Below are positions 29,628 through 37,214 of a DNA stretch of 64,000 nt, piece after piece. Positions within the stretch are counted from its first letter, which is position 1. The number at the start of each line of letters is the position of its first letter. Origin of the DNA: Candidatus Cloacimonadota bacterium (GTDB lineage: Bacteria > Cloacimonadota > Cloacimonadia > Cloacimonadales > GCA-2742885); NCBI GenBank assembly GCA_002742885.1, contig PDOO01000029.1, positions 9,043 through 73,042 of the forward strand, written 5' to 3'. The position numbers and the translations under genes were made by a program. The notes beneath the pieces are model-generated. The model saw nothing but the letters and a program-made list of their open reading frames with translations, searched no databases and was not told where the DNA came from.

Positions 29628-29651
29628 ATATTTAGTTAAACGACTAAATAT
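29628..29651. promoter_or_regulatory. perfect 9-bp inverted repeat, candidate ArsR/SdpR operator
   Basis: ATATTTAGT-TAAACG-ACTAAATAT lies 15 nt upstream of the repressor start codon. Confidence 0.45.
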
Positions 29652-29751
29652 ATGAGCAAATGTTTTTGTCAAATAAAAAAATCCTCCCGGCAACTTTAAA
29701 GATTACCGAAAGGATTTTGCTTAAACATTAAAATTAAAGATCAATTTCCGG

Positions 29752-29949
29752 TTACGACTCCTGATTTTCGTCTTTGGACCGGATTTGCTTTATCTCAATT
29801 TTTACAAGCGAATAAAGAGCAAAGACTTCCAAAAGAACTCCGATTGCGATTGCTTTACCCAATTTGTAATAAAGGATTGTATTGCCCGCGCAAAGTACCA
29901 GAAATGCCAAAAAGCTGAGCAATTTGTATAATCTCTTTTTGCTTTTCAT
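29752..29949 (-). CDS. small two-TM membrane protein
   Basis: 65 aa. There is a strong SD (GGAGG, 7-nt spacer) and two hydrophobic helices. It has the same orientation as, and lies just upstream of, the SdpR/SdpI-like pair. Confidence 0.55.
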   Translation of the reverse strand: MKSKKRLYKLLSFLAFLVLCAGNTILYYKLGKAIAIGVLLEVFALYSLVKIEIKQIRSKDENQES

Positions 29950-30238
29950 AACAAAACCTCCGTTAAAATTTTATTGAGGTTAAAATTAGCACTAAAGTTC
30001 ATGAGGTACTAAAAGTAGACTTAGAGTAAGAGCTAAGGTGCCACCCCAACAAATTGTAAGCATATGAATAATTGCACTTATTAAAAAATTAACTGCATAC
30101 CATCCCATCTCTCTACTATTTTTATGAAACATTTTATATGCTTCCATAGTTATTATGCCAATAATGGATGGGTTTGCAGCTGCAATTCATGGAAAATATA
30201 TTTTTTATTGAAAACACAATATAATATATAAGTGTTCA

Positions 30239-31360
30239 TTAGGTTACACTACCAAATATATTAATAAAATTCTTTATATCGTTTTTTTTGTGTTCAGAAG
30301 TTACGGTTACTCTCAGAATCGCTTTTTTCAGGGGAACCGAGGGATAACGGGATGCAAGCGCATGGAATCCTTTTTCGAACAGTCGGTTTGATATTTGAAC
30401 CGCTTTTTTTTCTTCGCCGATAAAAATCGGAACTATATGGGAGTTTCCGCCGTAATTTATCTTATTTTTTTGCAGGAGATTTTTAAAAAATTCGGTATTT
30501 TCGCGAAGCCGTTTTCTTTTGTCGTCCGCATCGGCGATGATGTCCAGAATTTCTCCGGCTGTTACGATTACCGCTTCCGGCAACATGGTGGTATAAATAA
30601 TTTCCCGGCATTTGTTCAATAAATATTCTTTGATTATTTCAGGAAGCAGTATAAAAGCTCCGAATAATCCGAAAGCTTTTCCCATTGTTCCGACGACAAT
30701 ATCGCCTTTGTTTATGCCTTTCCCGGCTTCTCCGTAAGCTCCGACGGAATGAGCTTCGTCAACAACGGTAAAGATATTATTCTTTTTTGCCGTCTCAAAA
30801 AAATTATCGTCGAGAAAATCTCCGTCCATGCTGTAAAGAGCTTCCGCAACGGCAACGGAAATATGTGCATTTGCTTTGATTCTTCTTTCCATATGGCTGA
30901 TTTTATTGTGATTAAAACCGATTGATTTGGCGCCTGAAGCTTTTATGCCGGTAACAATGCTGGCGTGGATGCGCTTATCGTACAAAACCGTGTCATCTTC
31001 GGAAAACAGGCTGGAAAACAAGCCGGAATTTGCCTGAAAACCGGAATTAAAAAAAAGACAATCCTCAAAACCGAAATGTCGGGCAAACTTCATCTCAACA
31101 TCTTTTACCGATTGCCGACCGGCGGAAACCAGCCGAGAAGAAGATGCTGATGAGCCGTATTTTAAAATATTGTTTGCCAAAATTTCTTTTACCTGATTTG
31201 ATCCGGCAATTCCCAGAATGTCATTGGATGAAAAATTTATGATTTTTTTGTTTTTCCTAAAAAGAAATATGCCCTCGGCTTTATCGAAAATTCTCGGTTC
31301 CCGAAAAAGGTTTTCTTCTTTTAATAATCTGATGCGTTCCGCTGTTTTTTTTGTAAGCAC
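30239..31360 (-). CDS. bioF: 8-amino-7-oxononanoate synthase
   Basis: Class-II aminotransferase fold with 'DEAHSVGAYGEAGKG' and the PLP-lysine motif 'GTMGKAFG'. It is the last gene of the bio operon. Confidence 0.85.
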   Translation of the reverse strand: MLTKKTAERIRLLKEENLFREPRIFDKAEGIFLFRKNKKIINFSSNDILGIAGSNQVKEILANNILKYGSSASSSRLVSAGRQSVKDVEMKFARHFGFEDCLFFNSGFQANSGLFSSLFSEDDTVLYDKRIHASIVTGIKASGAKSIGFNHNKISHMERRIKANAHISVAVAEALYSMDGDFLDDNFFETAKKNNIFTVVDEAHSVGAYGEAGKGINKGDIVVGTMGKAFGLFGAFILLPEIIKEYLLNKCREIIYTTMLPEAVIVTAGEILDIIADADDKRKRLRENTEFFKNLLQKNKINYGGNSHIVPIFIGEEKKAVQISNRLFEKGFHALASRYPSVPLKKAILRVTVTSEHKKNDIKNFINIFGSVT

Positions 31361-31782
31361 TCAAATACCTTTTTATAATATTTTTGATTTATTTTATTGA
31401 TTTTATCGGATGAAGCGATTTTCAGAAGACCCGTTATTTCTTTTCCGTTTAAAGAGGTCATAACTTTATAAACGCCGACCGATTCCGATTGATTCAGCAA
31501 TTCTGCTTTTACTGTATAATTTCGGTTTTCGGGCAATTCCTCATCAAAATTAAAACTGTCGATGCTGAGCAAAAAATGATGTTTTTCGAAATTATGAAGT
31601 CGGCGTTGATGATAAGTTGCGGTTTGAGCAAATGTTTCCAACAAAAGAAAGTGTTCCGGTTTATCCTGAAAATATTTTTCGGTAATCAGAAATTTATCCG
31701 AAAACAAGGAAATTTTATCCGGCATCAAGTAGTCTTTCAGACCTGTATTGACAACTAATATTTTTTTATTATCAAAGCGCAA
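31321..31782 (-). CDS. hotdog-fold-like protein (FabZ-like 'LLLETFAQ' block, no catalytic His)
   Basis: 153 aa. 'YFQDKPEHFLLLETFAQTA' resembles the FabZ 'HFxxxPxxPGxLxxEAxAQ' block but has Tyr at the His position and retains the Glu. It is translationally coupled to both the KS gene and bioF. Confidence 0.45.
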   Translation of the reverse strand: MRFDNKKILVVNTGLKDYLMPDKISLFSDKFLITEKYFQDKPEHFLLLETFAQTATYHQRRLHNFEKHHFLLSIDSFNFDEELPENRNYTVKAELLNQSESVGVYKVMTSLNGKEITGLLKIASSDKINKINQKYYKKVFECLQKKQRNASDY

Positions 31783-32948
31783 TTTTGTCCTCCGAAACCG
31801 AAATTTTCCAATAAAATACGGTTTAAAGCCGCTTTTCGGGATTTTTTTGCAAAATCAATTTCCTCATCGAGAGAATGAACAAGATTGCGGACGGCAGGAA
31901 TTTTACAATTATTCATAAAGTCAATCATAACGGCTGTTTCCATTGCTCCGCAGGCTGCCGAAAGATGCCCCGTCCAAGATTTCAACGCCGTAACGGGCGG
32001 TGAGGATTTACCGAATATTTGCTTGATTACTTTTGCTTCCGTTTCATCGTTTTTCAAAGTTCCCGTGCCGTGAGCATGGATTAAATCTATTTCCTCCGGT
32101 TTTAAATCTGCTTCCATCAAAGCATTTTTAACGGCTTCGGCGGCAAATTTTCCGTCCGGTCTCGGGTCGGTCATGCTGTATCCGTCCGCCGTGAATCCGC
32201 AACCGACAATTTCTGCTAAAATTTTTGCGTTTCGTTTTTTTGCCGATTCCAATTCTTCCAACAATAAAAATCCTCCTCCTTCGCCCGGAATAAATCCGAA
32301 TCTTTGATTTGAAAAAGAAGCATAATTTTTATCGGGATTTTCGCCTTTAAAGAGAGCGGATGCTTTGTTGTAAGCCGTTATTCCGCCGAGATTTAATCTG
32401 GAATCTCCGCCGCCCGTTAAAATTATGTCCGCTCCGTTATTTTTGATTTCCCGATAAGCCGAAGCAACCGCATGAAGCGAAGCGGCGCAAGCGGAAGTTA
32501 CGGTTCTGTTTTCTCCGTGCAAATCAAATTGTTTGGCAATACAGGCTCCCAAAGTATTGGGTAAAAATTTCAGAATCCAAAGAGCCTGCAAACCGTCCGT
32601 TCCGAAAACGGCATTGTTTATTTCGGGAAAGGATTCCGTAATATCGAGATTGGGACCGGCTCCGATAAAGACCGCGCAATTGTCGGGTAATTCGGTAAAA
32701 CCGCTTTTTTTGATACATTCGGCAGCGGCGGCAAATCCGAGCTTTGCTCCCCGATTCAAATAACGGGCATCTTTGCATCGTTTAACGTAATCTTTAAGAT
32801 TAAAATTTTCTATCGGTAAAATCGGAGTGTCTTTAAACGTTTTAAATTGATAATCGTTCTTTTCGATATTTTCCGAAAATTCGGTGAAATTATTTCCCAA
32901 AGCCGTGATATAAGCGTTTGAGGTTATCGCTACTCGTCTTTTTTTCAT
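31755..32948 (-). CDS. beta-ketoacyl-ACP synthase, KAS I/II (Cys-His-His) type
   Basis: It has the active-site 'VTSACAASLHAV', 'HAHGTGT', 'GHLSAACG' and a C-terminal 'NFGFGGQN'. Confidence 0.9.
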   Translation of the reverse strand: MKKRRVAITSNAYITALGNNFTEFSENIEKNDYQFKTFKDTPILPIENFNLKDYVKRCKDARYLNRGAKLGFAAAAECIKKSGFTELPDNCAVFIGAGPNLDITESFPEINNAVFGTDGLQALWILKFLPNTLGACIAKQFDLHGENRTVTSACAASLHAVASAYREIKNNGADIILTGGGDSRLNLGGITAYNKASALFKGENPDKNYASFSNQRFGFIPGEGGGFLLLEELESAKKRNAKILAEIVGCGFTADGYSMTDPRPDGKFAAEAVKNALMEADLKPEEIDLIHAHGTGTLKNDETEAKVIKQIFGKSSPPVTALKSWTGHLSAACGAMETAVMIDFMNNCKIPAVRNLVHSLDEEIDFAKKSRKAALNRILLENFGFGGQNCALIIKKY

Positions 32949-32957
32949 ATTGTCATC

Positions 32958-33557
32958 TTAAAATTTGCAAAATTCTTCGACCGGCAGTCTGTGAAGAGGC
33001 TCCGGTTTTTCGTCCGGATAACCTATGGCGATAAAACCTTTCAGGTTAAAGTCAAAATCCGTATTTTTATATTCCCTCAAAAAAAACATCGGAGCGGTAT
33101 AAATGCAAAGTCCCAAATCTTCTTCGACGCAAAGCAAAGAAAAATTTTGCAGAGCGATTCCCAAACCGATGTCAACCGGTGTTTCCGTATCCTTGAAAAG
33201 CCCTTTTGAGGCGAGTAATTGCCCCAGACTTTTTCTGTCCGCCGTGCCGAAAGCCAAAGAAAGGGGAGCATCGGCAAAAGCTTTTCCGAAGCGGTAATAA
33301 GTTTTTATTTTATAAATGTCTCTTTCCGATAAATCCGGGCAGGTAAGAATGTCTTCTTTTTCCTTTTCCATGTGAGAAAGCAACTCTTTTTTATCGTCCT
33401 CGGTCAAGACCGTAAATCGGCAGGATTGGCAATTTGACGGAGAAGCGTAAAATCTGGCGGCATCGGCTATTTTTCGTAAAATTTCTTCGGGAACGGATTC
33501 ATTTTTAAATTTTCGGCAGCTTCGTCTTTTTTTTATCAGTGAATATAAATCTTTCAT
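32958..33557 (-). CDS. nitroreductase-family flavoprotein
   Basis: 'LIKKRRSCRKFKNESVPEE' is the typical N-terminal RxSxRxF motif. The length is 199 aa, and the start overlaps the ACP stop (ATGA). Confidence 0.8.
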   Translation of the reverse strand: MKDLYSLIKKRRSCRKFKNESVPEEILRKIADAARFYASPSNCQSCRFTVLTEDDKKELLSHMEKEKEDILTCPDLSERDIYKIKTYYRFGKAFADAPLSLAFGTADRKSLGQLLASKGLFKDTETPVDIGLGIALQNFSLLCVEEDLGLCIYTAPMFFLREYKNTDFDFNLKGFIAIGYPDEKPEPLHRLPVEEFCKF

Positions 33558-33919
33558 GATTTTTCCTTTTCATATTCGGCGTAAGCAATAACATCTTTTA
33601 TTTTGATGACGGGAGCGTTCGGCAAATCTTCGATAATTTCTTTGATTCTTTCACTTGAAAGATGAGGGTAAGATTCGCTTAAAACTTCTTCCGGATTTTT
33701 ATTTTCATTTTCAGCTTCTTTCATAATCAATCTCAAATCACGCAAAAAAAGTTTGCTGTCGCTTACATGTATTCCGAATTCCGCATTCAGAGAAATTCCG
33801 ATTTCCAGCAGGTCAATTGATTCAGCTTCCAAATCTCTGACGAGATAATCTTCTTCCGATATATTTTCCGCTTCCAAATCAAGCAATTCGGCGGTAATTT
33901 CTTTAATTTTTTTATTCAT
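33554..33919 (-). CDS. acyl-carrier-protein-like protein with C-terminal extension
   Basis: 'RDLEAESIDLLEIGISLNAEFGI' fits the ACP helix II phosphopantetheine site (D/E-S-[LI]-D). At 121 aa it is about 40 aa longer than canonical ACP. Confidence 0.65.
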   Translation of the reverse strand: MNKKIKEITAELLDLEAENISEEDYLVRDLEAESIDLLEIGISLNAEFGIHVSDSKLFLRDLRLIMKEAENENKNPEEVLSESYPHLSSERIKEIIEDLPNAPVIKIKDVIAYAEYEKEKS

Positions 33920-33925
33920 GGTTCC

Positions 33926-34633
33926 TCACTTGGCAATATTCATTCCGCCGTCAATTGTTATGACCGAGCCGTTAAACGAAGCGGAATTTTCATTTATTAT
34001 CATATTGATTGTGTTGACGATACTTTCGGCGGAAACGGGATTTTTGTCCGGTATTTTATTTAAGGCTTCCGGATTTTCGGCAAGATAATCTTTTCCTCTG
34101 CCGAGATTTAAATAACCGGGACGAATTACGGTACAGGATATTCCTTTGCGGGCAAGCTCAATGCCGACCGCTTTGTAAATCTGCTCACAGGCAAGTTTGG
34201 CGGAAGAATAAAAACCCTGACCGGGATTAATTTTACTTGCGGCGCTTGAAGAAATATAAATCATTTTACCGTGTTTTTGTCTCAACATTTTCCCGGCGAT
34301 AAGTTTAATAAGAGCAATGCGGTTGATTACATTTGTTTTGTAAAAATCCGATATTTTGTCATAATCGGCGGCAGCAACCAGAGATTCGTAATTTCCCTGA
34401 GCAAAATCCGCAACCGCATCAATTTGTTTTACGGAAGCCAATATTTCGGTAAACGATTCGGGAGCGGAAAAATCCGTTTTTATCGGTATGAGTTTAGGAT
34501 TTTTGATATTTTCAAGTCGCATAAGACTTTCTTTGCTTCGGTAACCTGCCCAAAAATTGTAATCCGCCGATCCGATAAAACTCAAACCGAGTTCGCAACC
34601 TGCCCCGAGAACCAAAATATTTTTATTTTGCAT
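33926..34633 (-). CDS. SDR-family oxidoreductase (FabG-like ketoreductase)
   Basis: Rossmann 'ILVLGAGCELG', catalytic 'SSSAA' Ser and 'YSSAKLACE' (YxxxK). Confidence 0.8.
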   Translation of the reverse strand: MQNKNILVLGAGCELGLSFIGSADYNFWAGYRSKESLMRLENIKNPKLIPIKTDFSAPESFTEILASVKQIDAVADFAQGNYESLVAAADYDKISDFYKTNVINRIALIKLIAGKMLRQKHGKMIYISSSAASKINPGQGFYSSAKLACEQIYKAVGIELARKGISCTVIRPGYLNLGRGKDYLAENPEALNKIPDKNPVSAESIVNTINMIINENSASFNGSVITIDGGMNIAK

Positions 34634-34913
34634 AGAATACTCCGCTTACCGCTTTTTTATCGAATTGTTCCAGAATAATTTTTATTTTTTTGCCTTCGCA
34701 AACCCATTTTAAAAGGCATTTATCCGGTTTTACGAAAACTCCGAAGCGAAATTTTTCCGCTTTCGAGATGCGACAATTTTCCTCTTTTTCGATTATTTCT
34801 TTGCATTTGCCGATAATCAAAGCTCCGGGAACAACCGGGTTTCCGGGAAAGTGGAAATCATATATTTTATCTGATTTATCGAAAATCAAATCGATTTTTT
34901 TGTAACTTTGCAT
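34623..34913 (-). CDS. mini hotdog protein with FabZ-type His motif
   Basis: 96 aa. 'HFPGNPVVPGALIIGKC' matches the FabZ 'HFPxxPVMPGVLxxE' motif, except that the catalytic Glu position is Gly. Confidence 0.6.
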   Translation of the reverse strand: MQSYKKIDLIFDKSDKIYDFHFPGNPVVPGALIIGKCKEIIEKEENCRISKAEKFRFGVFVKPDKCLLKWVCEGKKIKIILEQFDKKAVSGVFYAK

Positions 34914-36244
34914 ATCGCATTTACGGTTACGTTCAACAACGTCTCAAGTTCCCGTTCGTTGATAACCAAAGGCGGCATTAAAATAATGACGTTGCCGAGA
35001 GGACGAATTATTGCGCCGTTTTTACGCGCTTCCAAGGTAACTTGATGTCCGATTCTCAAAGCCGGTTCAAATTCTTCTTTTGATGCTTTGTCTTTTACGA
35101 GTTCTGCTCCGACCATCATTCCGCATTGTCTTATATCTCCGACATTGGGGTGATCAGCTAATTTCTTCATGGCTTTTGCAATTTGTTCGGCGCGTAATTT
35201 TACATTTTCCAAAACGTTATTTTTTCGGAATAATTCCAGGTTGGCGAGAGCTGCCGCGCAAGCGACCGGATTTCCGGTGAAAGTGTGTCCGTGAAAAAAA
35301 GTTCGGAAATCTTCGTATTTTCCCAAGAAACCCCGATAAATTTTTTCCGTAACAAAGGTGGCGGCAAGCGGAAGATAACCTGCCGAAATTCCTTTGGCAA
35401 CCGCCATTAAATCGGGTTTTACGTTTTCCTGTTCGCAGGCAAATAATGTTCCCGTTTTCCCGAATCCGACCGCAACTTCGTCGCAAATCATCAAAATATC
35501 GTATTTTGAGCAAAGTTCTCTTACTTTGGCAAGGAATCCTTTCGGATGAACGATTAATCCGCCGGCTCCCTGCACAAGCGGTTCTATGACGAGAGCTCCG
35601 ATTTCTTCGGCTCCGTTTTTCATTATTTCTTCCAATTGTTCGGAACAAAATTTAAGCGTTTCCTCTTCCGACATTCCGCCGTTAAGACGATAGGAAAAAG
35701 GAGAATCCGCCTTGACGGTCTCAAAAATCAAACCTCCGTAAACTTTGTGAAAAAGATCAATTCCGCCTGCGCTTACGGAACCTATCGTGTCGCCGTGATA
35801 AGCGTTTTTGAAAGAGATAAATTTTTTCTTTTCGGGTTTCCCGTTTTGTTGATTGTATTGATAAGCAATTTTTAAAGCAATTTCAACGGCTTCGGAACCG
35901 CTGTCGGAATAAAAAACTTTGGTCAGATTTTCCGGCGTAATTTCAATTAATTTTTCAGCCAATTCTATTGCCGGAACGTTTCCGACTCCCAACATGGTGG
36001 TGTGGGATATTTTATCGATTTGCTCTTTCATGGCTTTATTTAATTCAGGATGATTGTGTCCGTGAACGTTGGTCCAGATGGAAGCAACGCCGTCTATATA
36101 TTTTTTCCCGTTTACGTCTGTCAAAAATACGCCTTCGCCTGATTCTATAACAGGATATTCTTCTTCGACGAAACCCTGCATTTGCGAAAACGGATACCAA
36201 AGATTTTTATCGGATTTTTCTTTAAGCAATTTATATCTTTTCAT
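34886..36244 (-). CDS. bioA: adenosylmethionine-8-amino-7-oxononanoate aminotransferase
   Basis: Class-III aminotransferase with 'YSDSGSEAVEIALKIA' and 'CDEVAVGFGKTGTLFA'. 452 aa. Confidence 0.9.
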   Translation of the reverse strand: MKRYKLLKEKSDKNLWYPFSQMQGFVEEEYPVIESGEGVFLTDVNGKKYIDGVASIWTNVHGHNHPELNKAMKEQIDKISHTTMLGVGNVPAIELAEKLIEITPENLTKVFYSDSGSEAVEIALKIAYQYNQQNGKPEKKKFISFKNAYHGDTIGSVSAGGIDLFHKVYGGLIFETVKADSPFSYRLNGGMSEEETLKFCSEQLEEIMKNGAEEIGALVIEPLVQGAGGLIVHPKGFLAKVRELCSKYDILMICDEVAVGFGKTGTLFACEQENVKPDLMAVAKGISAGYLPLAATFVTEKIYRGFLGKYEDFRTFFHGHTFTGNPVACAAALANLELFRKNNVLENVKLRAEQIAKAMKKLADHPNVGDIRQCGMMVGAELVKDKASKEEFEPALRIGHQVTLEARKNGAIIRPLGNVIILMPPLVINERELETLLNVTVNAICKVTKKSI

Positions 36245-37214
36245 AATTAAGCTCCAGTTTTTTTATCATTTTATTGTCGTTTGATATTGCTCTGCCGCTT
36301 GTGGTCAAATAGTTTCCGATCATGATGCCGTTTGCTCCCGCTCTGAATAATTCTTCCTGTTTTTCTCCCAAAATAAGTTCTCTTCCTCCGGCTATGCCGA
36401 TGGGAGTTTGGGGATTTATGAGTCTGAAAAGAGCAATTGTCTTTAAGGCTTCTTCGGCAGACAGAAGTTTTTGATTTTCCAATCTCGTTCCTTTAATCGG
36501 ATTAAGAAAGTTAAGAGGAATGGAATCAACTTTCATTTTTTTTAAGGTAAAAGCAAGTTCCGTTCGCTGTTTCCAAGATTCTCCCAAACCGATGATTCCT
36601 CCGCAACAAATTTTCATGCCTGCAGCCGAGGCAATTTCAATTGTTTTGTAATCCTCCTCCAAAGTATGCGTAGAGCATATTTCCGAGAAATAACTCGGAG
36701 CAGTTTCCAAATTATGATGAAAACGTTCCACGCCCGCTTCAACCAGCATTTTCGCTTTTTCTTCCGTCAACATTCCCAATGATCCGCAGAGGGCAAGATC
36801 GGTTTTTTCTTTTAAAGCGCGAGCAGCTTTGCAAATAATTTCCAGTTCCTTTTCCGTAACCGAATGTCCGGCGGTAACAAAAGAATATTGAGTTGCGTTT
36901 TGTTCGGCGTTTCGTAATCCGCTTTCAACTAATTTATCATAAGACACTAAAGGATAAATTTTTACTCCCGTTTCATGATGAACGGATTGAGCGCAAAAAG
37001 CGCAGTTTTCGGGACAGTGTCCGGATTTTGCATTTAAAATACTGCAAGTAAATATTTTGTCTGAATGGAACTTTTCCCGTAAAAAATTCGTTGCAGGAGC
37101 CAAATCAGCCCAAGTTATTTTATCGTCTTCGGCAATTTTTATCGCCGTTTCTTCGGAAATATTGCCGTTTTCAATTAAATCATCTTCTTCCGCATAAGGA
37201 ATATTAAATTTCAT
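36231..37214 (-). CDS. bioB: biotin synthase (radical SAM)
   Basis: 'CPENCAFCAQS' is the CxxxCxxC cluster. 'YSFVTAG' and 'CCGGIIGLGE' are BioB blocks. Confidence 0.9.
   Translation of the reverse strand: MKFNIPYAEEDDLIENGNISEETAIKIAEDDKITWADLAPATNFLREKFHSDKIFTCSILNAKSGHCPENCAFCAQSVHHETGVKIYPLVSYDKLVESGLRNAEQNATQYSFVTAGHSVTEKELEIICKAARALKEKTDLALCGSLGMLTEEKAKMLVEAGVERFHHNLETAPSYFSEICSTHTLEEDYKTIEIASAAGMKICCGGIIGLGESWKQRTELAFTLKKMKVDSIPLNFLNPIKGTRLENQKLLSAEEALKTIALFRLINPQTPIGIAGGRELILGEKQEELFRAGANGIMIGNYLTTSGRAISNDNKMIKKLELNYEKI

Noticed and set aside
35217-35648. An Arg-rich 143-aa ORF, and other antisense or alternate-frame ORFs nested in real genes (for example 10457..10900, 10603..11034, 13683..13973, 39210..39650, 41239..41610, 44831..45178, 46205..46528, 48468..48776).
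   Set aside because: They are fully embedded in well-supported genes with recognisable motifs. Their biased composition is typical of off-frame readings, and none has start-site signals.
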